DNA of 64,000 nt from an uncultured Solirubrobacteraceae bacterium (lineage in GTDB: Bacteria; Actinomycetota; Thermoleophilia; Solirubrobacterales; Solirubrobacteraceae): contig CAVTXW010000009.1 of NCBI GenBank assembly GCA_963738815.1, positions 11,536-75,535 of the forward strand, given 5' to 3'. Under the pieces are notes generated by a model. That model was not told the origin of the DNA. It worked only from the letters and a program-made list of their open reading frames with translations, and did not search any database. Shown piece after piece: positions 26,598-37,588 of the stretch (position 1 is its first letter; every line of letters begins with the position of its first letter). The position numbers and the translations under genes are program-made.

Positions 26598-27446
26598 ATG
26601 AGCACCGTCTGGCAGCCCGGCGAAGGCTCCTACACCGACATCCGCTACGAGCTCTCGACCGGGGCGGACGCAGGCATCGCGAAGATCACGATCGCGCGCC
26701 CGGAGGTCCGCAACGCGTTCCGCCCGCGCACGATCATCGAGATCTCCGACGCGCTCGAGCGCGCACGCGAGGATCAGTCGGTCGGCGTGATCGTGCTGAC
26801 CGGAGAGGGCCCTGACGCGTTCTGCTCCGGTGGCGACCAGCGCGTGCGCGGGGACACCGGCTACCTGCAGGACGAGGGCGAGGGTCTCGCGAAGGTGGGC
26901 CGCTTCCACGTCACCGACCTGCACGTCCAGATGCGGCGGCTGCCGAAGCCGATCGTGGCGATGGTCGCCGGCTACGCGATCGGCGGCGGCCACGTCCTGC
27001 ACGTCGTCTGCGATCTCACGATCGCCGCCGAGAACGCCCGCTTCGGCCAGGTCGGACCGAAGGTCGGCTCCTTCGACGGCGGCTTCGGTGCCGGGCTGCT
27101 CGCCAACCTCGTCGGCCCCAAGAAGGCGAAGGAGATCTGGTTCCTCTGCCGCCAGTACGACGCCGCCCAGGCGCTCGAGATGGGCCTCGTCAACACCGTC
27201 GTCCCGCTGGAGCGGCTGGAGGAGGAGACGGTGCAGTGGTGCCGGGAGATGCTCGCCCTCTCCCCCTTCGCGCTGCGGCTTCTGAAGGCGAGCTTCAACG
27301 CGGCCGAGGACGGCCTGTCCGGGATCCAGCAGCTCGCCCACGACACCAACCTGCTCTTCTACGAAAGCGGGGAGGCGCAGGAGGGCCGGGACGCCTACCG
27401 GGAGAAGCGCAAGCCGGACTTCTCGCAGTTCCCGCGGCGCGCCTGA
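26598..27446 (+). CDS. menB: 1,4-dihydroxy-2-naphthoyl-CoA synthase
   Basis: [44 protein letters not shown]. Confidence 0.96.
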   Translation: MSTVWQPGEGSYTDIRYELSTGADAGIAKITIARPEVRNAFRPRTIIEISDALERAREDQSVGVIVLTGEGPDAFCSGGDQRVRGDTGYLQDEGEGLAKVGRFHVTDLHVQMRRLPKPIVAMVAGYAIGGGHVLHVVCDLTIAAENARFGQVGPKVGSFDGGFGAGLLANLVGPKKAKEIWFLCRQYDAAQALEMGLVNTVVPLERLEEETVQWCREMLALSPFALRLLKASFNAAEDGLSGIQQLAHDTNLLFYESGEAQEGRDAYREKRKPDFSQFPRRA

Positions 27447-28375
27447 TGGCCGCTCCCGCGACCCTGGAGCGCTCCCGCCCGTCGGCTGTCCGGATCTGGG
27501 TCATGGCAGCGCGGCTGCGGACGCTGCCGGCGGCGATCGCCCCGGTGCTCGTCGGCACCTCGCTCGCGCTCGGCAACGGGACCTTCCACCCGCTCGCGTT
27601 CGCCGCCGCCCTGCTCGGGGCGATCTTCATCCAGGTCGGCACCAATTTGTCAAACGACTACTCCGACGCGCGGCGCGGCGCCGACACCGAGGACCGTCTC
27701 GGACCCGTCAGGGTCACTGCCGGGGGGCTCGTGCCGCCCCGCCAGGTGCTGATCGCGACCTACGTGACCTTCGGCCTGGCCGTGCTGTGCGGCATCTACT
27801 TGATCGCGGTCGCCGGCTGGGAGCTCTTGGCCGTCGGCGCGGCCTCGATCCTGGCGGGCGTGCTCTACACCGGCGGGCCGCGGCCGTACGGGTACGAGGG
27901 GCTGGGCGAGCTGTTCGTGTTCCTTTTCTTCGGCATCGTCGCCGTCGCCGGCTCCTACTTCGTGCAGGTCCAGCAACTGCCCTGGGAGGCGTTCGTGTGC
28001 GCGGTGCCGGTCGGGCTGCTCGCGAGCGCGATCCTCGTGGTCAACAACGTCCGTGACATCGACACCGACCGCCGCGCCGGGAAGCGCACGCTGGCCGTGC
28101 GGCTGGGGCGCGAGCGCACACGCGCGCTCTATACGGCGATGCTCGCGGGCGCGTTCATCGTCGCACCCCTCCCGTGGCCGCTCGGGTCGATGAACGCCTG
28201 GCTGCTGCTGCCGTGGCTCGCGCTGCCGCTGGCGCTCGCGGTCGCGCGCGTGGTGCGGACTCGAACCGACGGGCCCTCGCTGAACGGCGCGCTTGCGCGA
28301 ACCGGGATGCTGCAGCTCCTCTTCTGCCTGCTGTACTCGGCCGGGATCCTCGCCGCCGGCGGGATCCAGCCGTGA
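27446..28375 (+). CDS. menA: 1,4-dihydroxy-2-naphthoate polyprenyltransferase
   Basis: [46 protein letters not shown]. Confidence 0.95.
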   Translation: MAAPATLERSRPSAVRIWVMAARLRTLPAAIAPVLVGTSLALGNGTFHPLAFAAALLGAIFIQVGTNLSNDYSDARRGADTEDRLGPVRVTAGGLVPPRQVLIATYVTFGLAVLCGIYLIAVAGWELLAVGAASILAGVLYTGGPRPYGYEGLGELFVFLFFGIVAVAGSYFVQVQQLPWEAFVCAVPVGLLASAILVVNNVRDIDTDRRAGKRTLAVRLGRERTRALYTAMLAGAFIVAPLPWPLGSMNAWLLLPWLALPLALAVARVVRTRTDGPSLNGALARTGMLQLLFCLLYSAGILAAGGIQP

Positions 28376-29412
28376 GACTCGAGCTGCGCCGTCGCACCGT
28401 GCGGCTCGCCGAGCCGCTGCAGACCGCCCACGGCACCATCACAGAGCGTGAGCTGGCGATCGCCGCGCTCACCGGCGAGGACGGGGTCACCGGCTACGGC
28501 GAGGCGGCCCCCCTGCCCTCCTACGACGGCCCGGGCATGGACGTCGTCTGGCCCGCGCTCGAGAGCTACGCCGAAGCGCTGGAGGAGGCGGGCGAAGCGC
28601 GCGGCGACCACCTTCTGGAGGCGTGCCGCGCACGCGCCGACGTGCCGGCGGCGCTGGCCGCGATCGACATGGCGCTGTGGGACCGCGCCGGGCGGCGCAC
28701 CGGGCGCTCGGTGGCGGCGCTGCTCAGTGACCGGCCCGCTGCGCGCGTGCCGGTGAACGCCACGCTCACCGGCAGCGATCGAGCGACGGCCGCCGAGCAG
28801 GCCGCCCGGGCCGTCGGCGAAGGCTTCGAGTGCCTGAAGATCAAGGTCGGGGGCGGCGACGACGCCGGCCGTCTCGCCGCGGTACGCGCCGCGGCGGGGC
28901 CCGAGGCACGGCTGCGGCTGGACGCGAACGGCGCCTGGGGCGTCGAGGAGGCGGTGCGCTCGATCGAGGCGCTGGCCCCCGCCGGGCTGGAGCTGGTCGA
29001 GGAGCCCGTCCACGGCCTTGCCGAGATGCGCGCCGTGCGCGAGCGCGTGCCCGTGCGGGTCTCGATCGACGAGACCGCCGGCGAGCGCGGCGCGCTCGGA
29101 GGCGGGATCGCCGACGCCGTATGCCTGAAGATCTCGCGCTGCGGCGGGATCGGCGCGCTCGTGGCCGCCGCCGCGCTCGTGCGGGCCTCCGGCGCCGAGG
29201 TCTACCTCGCCTCCACGCTCGACGGCCCGCTCGGCATCGCGGCCGCGCTGCAGGCGGCCTCGGCGCTGGCCTCGCGCGGGCCGCTGCCCCACTGCGGACT
29301 GGCCACGCTCGCCCTCTTCGAGGACATCGAGAACCCGCTGCCGGCCCGCGGCGGCGCGATCGAGCTGCCCTCAGCCCCCGGGCTCGGCGTCGAGGCCGGC
29401 CAGCTCTTCTAG
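28372..29412 (+). CDS. menC: o-succinylbenzoate synthase (enolase superfamily)
   Basis: GYGEAAPL, KIKVG, RLDANGAW, VEEP, IDE, CLK; men context. Confidence 0.85.
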   Translation: MRLELRRRTVRLAEPLQTAHGTITERELAIAALTGEDGVTGYGEAAPLPSYDGPGMDVVWPALESYAEALEEAGEARGDHLLEACRARADVPAALAAIDMALWDRAGRRTGRSVAALLSDRPAARVPVNATLTGSDRATAAEQAARAVGEGFECLKIKVGGGDDAGRLAAVRAAAGPEARLRLDANGAWGVEEAVRSIEALAPAGLELVEEPVHGLAEMRAVRERVPVRVSIDETAGERGALGGGIADAVCLKISRCGGIGALVAAAALVRASGAEVYLASTLDGPLGIAAALQAASALASRGPLPHCGLATLALFEDIENPLPARGGAIELPSAPGLGVEAGQLF

Positions 29413-30120
29413 GGCGCGGGCCACCCCGGCGGGGTCCTCGAGGGGGAGGCCGTGCCCGCCGTCGAGCACGGTGAGCTCCGCGCGGGGCACCAGGGGCTGC
29501 GCACGCGCGAGCAGCCGCGTGAACTTCTCGTCGCGCGCGCCTGCGAGCAGCGCGACCGGCATCGACAGCTCCCCGAGCCGCTCCCACAGCGGCTCCATCG
29601 CACCGGTGCTGAGACCGCGCATCGCGGCGGCGAGCGCGAGCGGCTGGTTGCGGCGCTGGTCGGCCCGCGCCAGCTCACCGGCCGCGGGCGGCTCGGAGGC
29701 GAACAGGGGCTGCGAGCGCCAGCTCTCGACGAAGTCCTCGAAGGGCTCCGTTTCGAGCCGCTCGGCCAGCCGCTCGTCGGCGGCGAGCCGCGCTGCCCGC
29801 TCGCCCTCGTCCTCGATGCCCGGGTTGGCGGCGATCACGCACAGCCGGCTCACGCGCTCGGGGGCCGCGAGCGCGACGTGCAGCGCCACGCGGCCTCCGA
29901 GCGAGTAGCCGCAGAGCGCGAAGCGCTCCGGCGCCGCGGCGAGCACGGCATCGACGCACACATCGAAGCCGATCGGCGGCGGGTACGCCGAGGCCGCGCC
30001 GTGGCCCGGGAGGTCGAGCGCGAGCGGGCGATAGCGTTCCGGGTCCAGACGCTCGATCACGCCGTCCCAGGCGCGGTGCGTGCCGCCGAAGCCGTGGAGC
30101 AGGACGAGCGTCTCTGGCAC
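29371..30120 (-). CDS. menH: SHCHC synthase (alpha/beta hydrolase)
   Basis: LLHGFGG, DLPGHG, GYSLGGR, GARDEKF, GH; men context. Confidence 0.88.
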   Translation of the reverse strand: MPETLVLLHGFGGTHRAWDGVIERLDPERYRPLALDLPGHGAASAYPPPIGFDVCVDAVLAAAPERFALCGYSLGGRVALHVALAAPERVSRLCVIAANPGIEDEGERAARLAADERLAERLETEPFEDFVESWRSQPLFASEPPAAGELARADQRRNQPLALAAAMRGLSTGAMEPLWERLGELSMPVALLAGARDEKFTRLLARAQPLVPRAELTVLDGGHGLPLEDPAGVARALEELAGLDAEPGG

Positions 30121-30131
30121 GCCCCGATCCT

Positions 30132-31906
30132 ATGACCGCGAACACCGACACCCATGTGCTGCTGCGGGCGTTCGTGGACGAGCTCGCCCGCTGCGGCATG
30201 GGCGCCGCCTGCACCTCGCCGGGCTCGCGCAACGCGCCGCTCGTGCTCGCGCTCGCGGCCGAGGAGCGCCTGCGGTGCTTCTCGCACATCGACGAGCGCT
30301 GCGCGGGCTTCTTCGCACTCGGGCTCGCGAAGGCGAGCGGCCTGCCGGTCGCGGTCACCTGCACCTCCGGGACGGCCGCGGCAGAGCTGCTGCCGGCCGC
30401 GATCGAGGCGCGCGAGGCCCGCGTGCCGCTGCTGCTGCTCACAGCGGACCGGCCGGCCGAGCTGCGCGACGTCGGTGCCGGGCAGGCGATCGACCAGCTG
30501 AAGCTCTACGGCAGCGCTGTGAAGTGGTTCGTCGAGGTCGCCCCCGAGAGCGCGTCTGCGCAGCGGCTGCGCTGGATCAGGACGCTGGCGTGCCGTGCCT
30601 ACTGGACCGCCCTGGAAGGCCGCCCGGGGGCGGTGCATCTCAACTTCCCCCTGCGCGAGCCGCTGGTGACGAGCGAGGAGCTGCCCCCCGACGACACCGC
30701 CCGCCCCGGCGGCAGGCCGTTCGTGCTGCGGGCGCGTACGAGCGCCGATCGCGAGCCCGGCAGCGATGGACGAGCTCCTGCGCGGCAGTGCAGGGGGCGC
30801 GTCGTGGCGTGCTCGTCGCCGGGCGCCACGAGCGTGACACCCCGCTCGGCGCAGCGGCGGCGGCGTTCGCCGCAGCCGCCGGCTGGCCGCTGCTCGCCGA
30901 CCCGATGTCCGGAGCGCGCAGAGGCGAGGCGGCGATCGCCCACTACGACGCGCTCCTGCGCGTCGAGGGCCTCGCAGCCGCGCTCAGCCCGGACCTCGTC
31001 CTGCGCGTCGGAGACCTGCCGGTGTCGAAGCCGCTGCGCGGCTGGCTCGCGCGTCTCGGAGACACGCCGCAGATCGCACTCGACCCGGAGGGCGCATGGC
31101 AGGACCCCGACGCCGTCGCCTCACTGTCGCTCGCGCTCGAGCCGGCGGAGGCGCTGTCGGCCCTGACCGAGCTGCGGGGGCTCGCCGACGGCCCCTCGCC
31201 CGCCGAGCCGGCCTGGCTCGCCCGCTGGCGGGCCGCCGACGAGAGCGCCGCCCGTGCCATCGAGGCAGCGCTCGCCCCCACCGGCCTGTCCGAGCCGGTG
31301 GTGGCGGCCGAGCTCGGCGCGATGCTGCCAGCGAGGACGTCGCTGTTCGTCGCCTCCTCGATGCCGGTCCGGGACATCGAGACCTTCTGGCCCGCGCGCG
31401 AAGACCCGCCGCGCGTGCTCTGCAACCGCGGCGCGAACGGCATCGACGGGACCGTCTCCTCGGCGTTCGGCGCCGCGGCCGCGATCCACGAGCCCGGCGA
31501 GGAGGTGGTGCTGCTGATCGGCGACGTGGCGCTCGCGCACGACATCGGCGGCCTGCTCTCAGCCTCGCGTCTGGGCCTGAAGCTGACGGTGGTGCTCGTG
31601 AACAACGCGGGCGGGGGCATCTTCGACTTCCTGCCCGTCTCACGCGCCCCACGCGCCGGCGGCTGGAGCGAGCAGCTCTACACCCGGCACGTCGCCACCC
31701 CCACCGGGCTCGACTTCGCGCGCGCCGCCGCCCTCTACGGGCTCGAGTACGAGCGCGTCGACGGCGTCCCCGCGTTCCGCGCGGCCCTGGAGCGCGCGCT
31801 CGACCGGCCTCGCTCGGGGATCATCGAGGTGCCCTCCGAGCGCCCTCGCAACGTCGAGGTTCACCGCGGCGTGTCCGACGCCGTCGCGGCCGCGCTCAGC
31901 CGCTGA
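30132..31906 (+). CDS. menD: SEPHCHC synthase; one frameshift near 30740-30790
   Basis: First frame SPGSRNAPL, DERCAGFFALG, TADRP; second frame SSMPVRD, NRGANGIDG, IGDVALAHD, NNAGGGIF. Confidence 0.9.
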
Positions 31907-33335
31907 GCAGCGGCAGCAGCGCCTGCAGCTTGATCTCGGTCTCGGCGAGCTCCTTCTCGGGTACCGAGTCGCGGACGATCCCGCCGCCGGCGTAGCAGCG
32001 CGCCGTGGCGCCGCTCAGCAGCGCGCAGCGCAGCGTCACACAGAACTCGCCGTCGCCGGCCGCGTCGGTCCAGCCGAGCGGGCCCAGGTACCAGCCCCGG
32101 TCGAGACCCTCGAGCGCCGGGATCAGCGGCGCCGCGGCCGCGAGCGGCTCGCCCCCGACGGCCGGGGTCGGATGCATCAGCCCGGCCAGCTCGAGGGCGT
32201 CGATCGGCTCGGCGAGCTGGGCGCGGATCGGAGTGGCGAGATGCTGGATGTTCGCGATCCGGGCCAGCCCGGGCTCGGGGGCGGCGGCCACCCACACCGA
32301 GTGCGGCCGCAGGGTGCGCTCGATCCGCCGTGCGACGATCGCATGCTCTTCGCGATAGCTGGGGTCTCGGAGCAGCTGCTCGCCCAGGTGCGCGTCGACA
32401 GCGGGGTCGGCGCTGCGCCGCATGGAGCCGGCCAGCGCCAGCGTCGACGCGCGCTGTCCCTCGCGGCGCACGAGCAGCTCGGGGCTCGCCGCGATCAGCG
32501 CGTCCTCGCCGCGGCCCGCACAGAAGACGAAGCAGGACGGGAACTCCTCGCGCAGGACCCCGAAGACCGCCGCCGGGTCATACGAGCGCGGCGCGTGCAC
32601 CTGAACCTCGCGGGCGAGGACGATCTTCTCCATGCGTCCCTCCCGGATCAGCTGGACCGCGCGCGCCACGGCCTGCTCGTAGTGCTCGGGCGGCATCGCG
32701 CTCAGCACCTCGAAGCGGCCGGTCGGCGCGGGGTCGAGCAGCGGCAGCGGCAGCTGGCGCAGCTCCTCGGCGCGGGCGCACAGACGGCCGAGCAGCTCGG
32801 TCGGGTCATCATCGGGCTCAACGAGCGCCGCGAGCGTCATCGTCGCGCTCCCGTCGGCCCGCGCGAGGCTCAGCTCGGGCACGACGAGGCTCGCCGGCCC
32901 GAACGCCCGCCAGTGCGGCACGTGGCCGCCCTGCGGATCGAAGCTGAAGCCGCCCACGGCGACGGGCCCCGCGGCATGCCCGCCGGCCGGCTGGTCCTGG
33001 ACCGCATGTCCGGTCAGCTCGCGCCAGGACGCGGCGAGCTCGGCGAAGCGCTCCGCCCCGCTCGCCCGCAGATCGACCGCCTGCCCGAGCGCGGCCAGCG
33101 CCCGGCCGCCCCGGTCGGGCTGCTCGAAGCAGAACCAGGGCTCGCCCGCTCGGCGCGAGGCGAGCGCGACGGCCGACGGGTCCGTGGCGTCGCCGGCCGC
33201 CACGGTCAGCGCCGCGAGCGTGGCGCGCCCCCGCGCGCGAGAGCGCTTGGACGCGTCGTGCAGGCACGCCGCGAGACGGCCCCGCTCGCGCTCGTCGAGC
33301 GCGAAGGGCGGCCGTTGCGCGGTGGCGCTCGTCAT
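31896..33335 (-). CDS. menF: Isochorismate synthase
   Basis: KIVLAR, ASPELLV, LAGS, EEHAIV, HPTPAVGG, RGWYLGP, AGGGIV. Confidence 0.9.
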   Translation of the reverse strand: MTSATAQRPPFALDERERGRLAACLHDASKRSRARGRATLAALTVAAGDATDPSAVALASRRAGEPWFCFEQPDRGGRALAALGQAVDLRASGAERFAELAASWRELTGHAVQDQPAGGHAAGPVAVGGFSFDPQGGHVPHWRAFGPASLVVPELSLARADGSATMTLAALVEPDDDPTELLGRLCARAEELRQLPLPLLDPAPTGRFEVLSAMPPEHYEQAVARAVQLIREGRMEKIVLAREVQVHAPRSYDPAAVFGVLREEFPSCFVFCAGRGEDALIAASPELLVRREGQRASTLALAGSMRRSADPAVDAHLGEQLLRDPSYREEHAIVARRIERTLRPHSVWVAAAPEPGLARIANIQHLATPIRAQLAEPIDALELAGLMHPTPAVGGEPLAAAAPLIPALEGLDRGWYLGPLGWTDAAGDGEFCVTLRCALLSGATARCYAGGGIVRDSVPEKELAETEIKLQALLPLLSG

Positions 33336-33372
33336 CGAGGGAAGGCCGGCCGGCGCTCCATGCCGGCCCCGG

Positions 33373-33939
33373 TCACGTCTCCGTGCGCCCGCGCGAGATC
33401 GCGATCTCGCCGGTCCGCATCATCTCGATCAGCCCGAACGGGCGCACCATCGTCTCGAACGCCTCGATCTTGTCGGTCGTCCCCGTGACCTCGATGATGA
33501 CCGCGCGCTTGGTGACATCGACGACCTTGCCGCGGAAGATCTCGGCGATCTGCATCAGCTCTCCGCGCTGCGGCCCGTCCGCGGTGACCTTGAACAGCGC
33601 CAGCTCGCGAGCGACGGTCTCGCCGGGCTCGAGGTCGCGGATCTTCAGGACGTTGACGAGCTTGTGCAGCTGCTTGGTGACCTGATCGATCGGGTGCAGC
33701 GCACCGTCCACGGTCAGCGTCACGCGCGAGATCTCCTCGTCCTCCGTCGGTCCGACGGTGAGGGTGTCGATGTTGAAGCCCCTGCGCGCGAACAGCCCCG
33801 CGATGCGCGTCAGGACACCGGACTTGTTTTCCACGAGGATCGAGAGCACGTGCTTGCGGCCCGTGCGCAGGCCGGCGGCAGCGTCCAGCTCCTCGAGGCT
33901 GAGCGGCTCCTTGGTCCCTGGTTCGCCCATGACGGTCAC
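33373..33939 (-). CDS. ilvN: Acetolactate synthase small subunit
   Basis: LVENKSGVLTRIAGLFARRGFNI, QLHKLVNV, RTG. Confidence 0.96.
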   Translation of the reverse strand: MTVMGEPGTKEPLSLEELDAAAGLRTGRKHVLSILVENKSGVLTRIAGLFARRGFNIDTLTVGPTEDEEISRVTLTVDGALHPIDQVTKQLHKLVNVLKIRDLEPGETVARELALFKVTADGPQRGELMQIAEIFRGKVVDVTKRAVIIEVTGTTDKIEAFETMVRPFGLIEMMRTGEIAISRGRTET

Positions 33940-35642
33940 CTCCGCGGGGCATCGAGCCCCGCGACCGGACCAACCATCTCGCGCGCGGCGTGGCCGGCCG
34001 GGATCATCGGGTAGGTGTTCTCCTCCCGCGTCACCCGCACGTCCACCAGCACCGGGCCGTCGATCGCGATCGCGCGCTTGATGTCATCGACCAGCGTCGT
34101 CTTGTCGGTGAAGCGCATCCCGGTGACGCCGTAGGCCTCGGCGAGCTTGACGAAATCGGGGAACTCCCCCATGTCGACGTGGCTGTATTTGCCGTCCCAG
34201 AACAGCTCCTGCCACTGGCGGACCATCCCGAGGTAGCCGTTGTTCATGATGAACACCTTGATCGGGATCTCGTTCTGCGCGCATGTCGCGAGCTCCTGGG
34301 CGTTCATCTGCACCGAGCCGTCGCCGGCGACGCAGCAGACCACCTGATCGGGGCAGGCGACGGCCGCGCCCATCGCGGCCGGCAGGCCGAAGCCCATGGT
34401 GCCGAGCCCGCCTGAGTTGATCCACCGGCGCGGGGCCGGGAAGTCGTAGTACTGCGCGGTCCACATCTGGTGCTGGCCGACGTCGCTGGTGACGATCGCC
34501 TGGCCCCCGGTCGCCTCATACAGCGCCTGGATCATGAACTGCGGCTTGATCTCGTTGTCGGAGCTGTCCTCGTAGGAGAGCGGGTACTTCTCGCGCCAGG
34601 ACTCGATCCGGCCCCACCAGGCGTCGAGGCGGCCGGGATCGGCGCCGATCGCGCGGTACTCGACGAGGAGCTTCGCAAGCACGTGCCTGGCATCGCCGAC
34701 GATCGGGATGTGCGCGGGGACGTTCTTGGAGATCTCCGCCGGATCGACGTCGATGTGGATGAACTTCGCTCGCGGGGCGAACTCCGAGAGCTTGCCCGTG
34801 ATGCGGTCGTCGAAGCGCGCGCCGACGGCGCAGATCAGGTCCGCCTCGTCCATCGCGTAGTTGGCCGCGCGGGTGCCGTGCATGCCGAGCATCCCGAGCC
34901 ACTGCGGGTCGGGCGCGGGGTAGGCGCCGAGGCCCATCAGCGTGCACGTGATCGGGAAGCGGTCGCTGCGCACGAACTCGGTCAGCTCCGCGGAGCCTTC
35001 GGCGTTGACGACCCCGCCGCCCGCGTAGATCACGGGCCGCTGCGCGGCCGCGAGGGCCTTGGCGGCCTGGCGGATCTGCTTCTGGTTGCCCTCGATCCGG
35101 GGCTGGTAGCCCGGCAGGCGCACGTCGGTGACCGGCTCGTAGTCGATCTCGGCCCGCGAGAGGTCCATCGGGATGTCCACGAGCACCGGGCCGGGACGCC
35201 CGCTGCGCGCAACGTGGAACGCCTCGTGGATCGCGCGCGGCAGCTCCTCGGGGCTCTGGATCATGAAGGAGTGCTTGACGATCGGCATCGTGATGCCGAT
35301 CGTGTCGGCCTCCTGGAAGCCGTCGGTGCCGAGCAGCTCGGTGCGCACCTGGCCCGTGATGAACACGCAGGGGACGGAGTCCATCATCGCGTCGGTGATC
35401 GGCGTGATCAGGTTGGTGGCGCCGGGACCGCTGGTCGCGAACGCGACGCCGACCTTGCCGGTCGCCTTCGCGTAGCCCTCGGCCGCGTGGCCGCCGCCGG
35501 CCTCGTGGCGGACGAGGATGTGGCGCACGCCGCCGTCGACGAGCGCGTCATACGTCGGCAGGTTCGCCCCCCCTGGGAGGCCGAAGACGACGTCGACGCC
35601 CTCCGCCTTGAGGCATTCCATCAGTGCATCGACTGCCCGCAT
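33936..35642 (-). CDS. ilvB: Acetolactate synthase large subunit
   Basis: FGLPGGA, RHEAGG, TSGPGATN, RFDDRITG, DVGQHQMW, GLGTMGFG, GDGS...NN. Confidence 0.97.
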   Translation of the reverse strand: MRAVDALMECLKAEGVDVVFGLPGGANLPTYDALVDGGVRHILVRHEAGGGHAAEGYAKATGKVGVAFATSGPGATNLITPITDAMMDSVPCVFITGQVRTELLGTDGFQEADTIGITMPIVKHSFMIQSPEELPRAIHEAFHVARSGRPGPVLVDIPMDLSRAEIDYEPVTDVRLPGYQPRIEGNQKQIRQAAKALAAAQRPVIYAGGGVVNAEGSAELTEFVRSDRFPITCTLMGLGAYPAPDPQWLGMLGMHGTRAANYAMDEADLICAVGARFDDRITGKLSEFAPRAKFIHIDVDPAEISKNVPAHIPIVGDARHVLAKLLVEYRAIGADPGRLDAWWGRIESWREKYPLSYEDSSDNEIKPQFMIQALYEATGGQAIVTSDVGQHQMWTAQYYDFPAPRRWINSGGLGTMGFGLPAAMGAAVACPDQVVCCVAGDGSVQMNAQELATCAQNEIPIKVFIMNNGYLGMVRQWQELFWDGKYSHVDMGEFPDFVKLAEAYGVTGMRFTDKTTLVDDIKRAIAIDGPVLVDVRVTREENTYPMIPAGHAAREMVGPVAGLDAPRR

Positions 35643-35793
35643 CTCGACCTCCTTCCAAAGGGTCGGAGAACGACGAATCGCGGGGGATGTCCCCGCGCTG
35701 GAATGCCAGTCTACCAGCGGGTTTTCGGGCCGAATGAGCGCGCCCCGGCCGTCACATTCGCGTAACGGCGCCCGGTCGCCGGGATCCTGCCGC

Positions 35794-36964
35794 TCAGGCG
35801 ATCGCCTCGGCGGGATCGTGCGCCTGCTCCCACACCAGCAGCACGAGCAGGATCAACGCGACCACGCCCGCCACGACCCAGGCCGGCACCCCTCCGGAGA
35901 GCGCGAACCACACCAGGCACGCGGCCGCGGCGGCGAGCTTCTCCCAGCCGACGCTGCCGGCGATCCGCAGCCGGAACGCGACGCCGACCGGCCATCCACA
36001 TCGCGACGCCGCCGCACAGCGCGAGACGCGCCGGGGCTCCCAGCTCGCCCGTGACGTCGGCGACGGCCTCGCGCGCCCCGACCGCGAACACGATGATCCC
36101 CGCGACGATCAGCAGGTGGATGTAGCTGTAGGCGTCCGCGGCGACGAGCACCGGGTCCGAGACGGTGCGCAGGCGTTCCTGCGCGGTCGCGGCGAAGCGG
36201 GTGAAGTACGCCCACCAGAGCTCTCCGGTGATGATCAGCGCGAGCGCGACCCCGAGCACGATCTCGGCATCGAGCAGATGCGCCTGGGCGCCGACACCGA
36301 TCGCCACGACGCTCTCGCCGAGGCAGATGATCACGAACAGGCCGTAGCGCTCGGCGAAGTGCTCGACCGCCACCGTCTGCAGGCCGCGCAGCCGCTCGCG
36401 CGTGAGCCACGCAGGCCCGGCGTAGTCGATCAGCGCCGCGGCCGTCCAGAGCCCCACCCTCCAGCCGCCGTCCAGGAGCGCCCCGGCCAGCAGCAGCGAC
36501 ATGCCGACGCAGGTCCAAGCCCCGAAGCCGACGATCGCGCTCCACGAGGCGTTGCCGCGGCGTGAGACGTCGGCGTAGAGCGCGAGGTGCCCGAGCCGGA
36601 CGATCACGTAGGCGACCGCGAACAGGACCCCCTCGCTGCCGTAGGCGTGCGGGACGGCCAGGCCGGCGATGAAGATCACGCCTCCGGCAGCCAGCAGCGA
36701 GGCACGCAGCACAGGGCCGTCGGGGTCCTGCGCGTTGGTGACCCACACATACGCCGACCAGGCCCACCACACGAGCGCCAGCACGAGCATCGCGCGCCCG
36801 AACCCGGCCCAGGTCAGGTCTTTGCGCATCAGCGTGGAGACCTGCGTCACCGCGAACACGAACACGAGGTCCCACAGCAGCTCGACGGGAGCCGTGCGCC
36901 TCGGCTCGGAGCTCTCCGCCGCGGTCGCCGCCGCGCCCGCGGAAGCCTCGGAGACGGACGGCAT
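35794..36964 (-). CDS. LtrA (low-temperature requirement A) family membrane protein; frameshift near 35988
   Basis: ELLWDLVFVFAVTQ, WWAWS, HFAERYGLFVIICLGES; hydrophobic C-terminus continues in another frame to TGA at 35794. Confidence 0.85.
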
Positions 36965-36979
36965 CCGCCGCGCGGCTCC

Positions 36980-37522
36980 CTAGGAGACGCCGAGCCCGAC
37001 GCCGATCGCCAGGCTGATGAGGCCGCCGATCCCGACGAAGACCAGCGAGGCGCGGATCGACACGCCCAGGAAGCGGTTGCGGATCCAGGCGATCGTGAAC
37101 AGCTCGACGGCCACCACCACGGCGGCGACGATCAGCGCCGTTTTCACATCGGCGATCAAGAACGGCAGCGTGTGAAAGATGCTGCCGAGCATCGTCATCC
37201 CGCCGGTGATGGTCCCGCGCACGACCGCCGACCCGCGCCCGGTCTCCTCGCCGGTATCCGAGCCCGCCTCGGACCAGCCCATGCTGACACCGGCGCCGAG
37301 CGCGACTCCCAGCCCCACGACGAAGGCGGTGTGAGAGCTCGAGGTGATCGCCGCGGCGAAGATCGGAGCGATCGAGGAGATCGTGCCGTCGATCAGCCCG
37401 ACCAGCCCGGGCTGCACGACGCGCAGCAGGAAGTCGCGCTCGTCCTCGAAGCCGAAGCGGTGGATGATCCTCGCCACGTGCGAGTCGCCGCGGCGCGGTG
37501 CCGCGTTCACGTCGGTGCTCAT
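36980..37522 (-). CDS. VIT1/CCC1-family membrane protein (resembles the MbfA C-terminal domain)
   Basis: VQPGLVGLIDG, AGVSMGWSE, SDTGEETGRG, HTLPFLI; TATGTT 6 nt upstream. Confidence 0.8.
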   Translation of the reverse strand: MSTDVNAAPRRGDSHVARIIHRFGFEDERDFLLRVVQPGLVGLIDGTISSIAPIFAAAITSSSHTAFVVGLGVALGAGVSMGWSEAGSDTGEETGRGSAVVRGTITGGMTMLGSIFHTLPFLIADVKTALIVAAVVVAVELFTIAWIRNRFLGVSIRASLVFVGIGGLISLAIGVGLGVS

Positions 37523-37588
37523 GCCCACAACATAAGGGCCGGACCGGCTTAGGCTGGCCTGATTCGAGTTAGGGGAGCCGAAGCTCGA

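Noticed and set aside
35643-35790. Ile/Leu/Val leader peptide for ilvB
   Set aside because: No suitable uORF lies between the -10 and the start codon.
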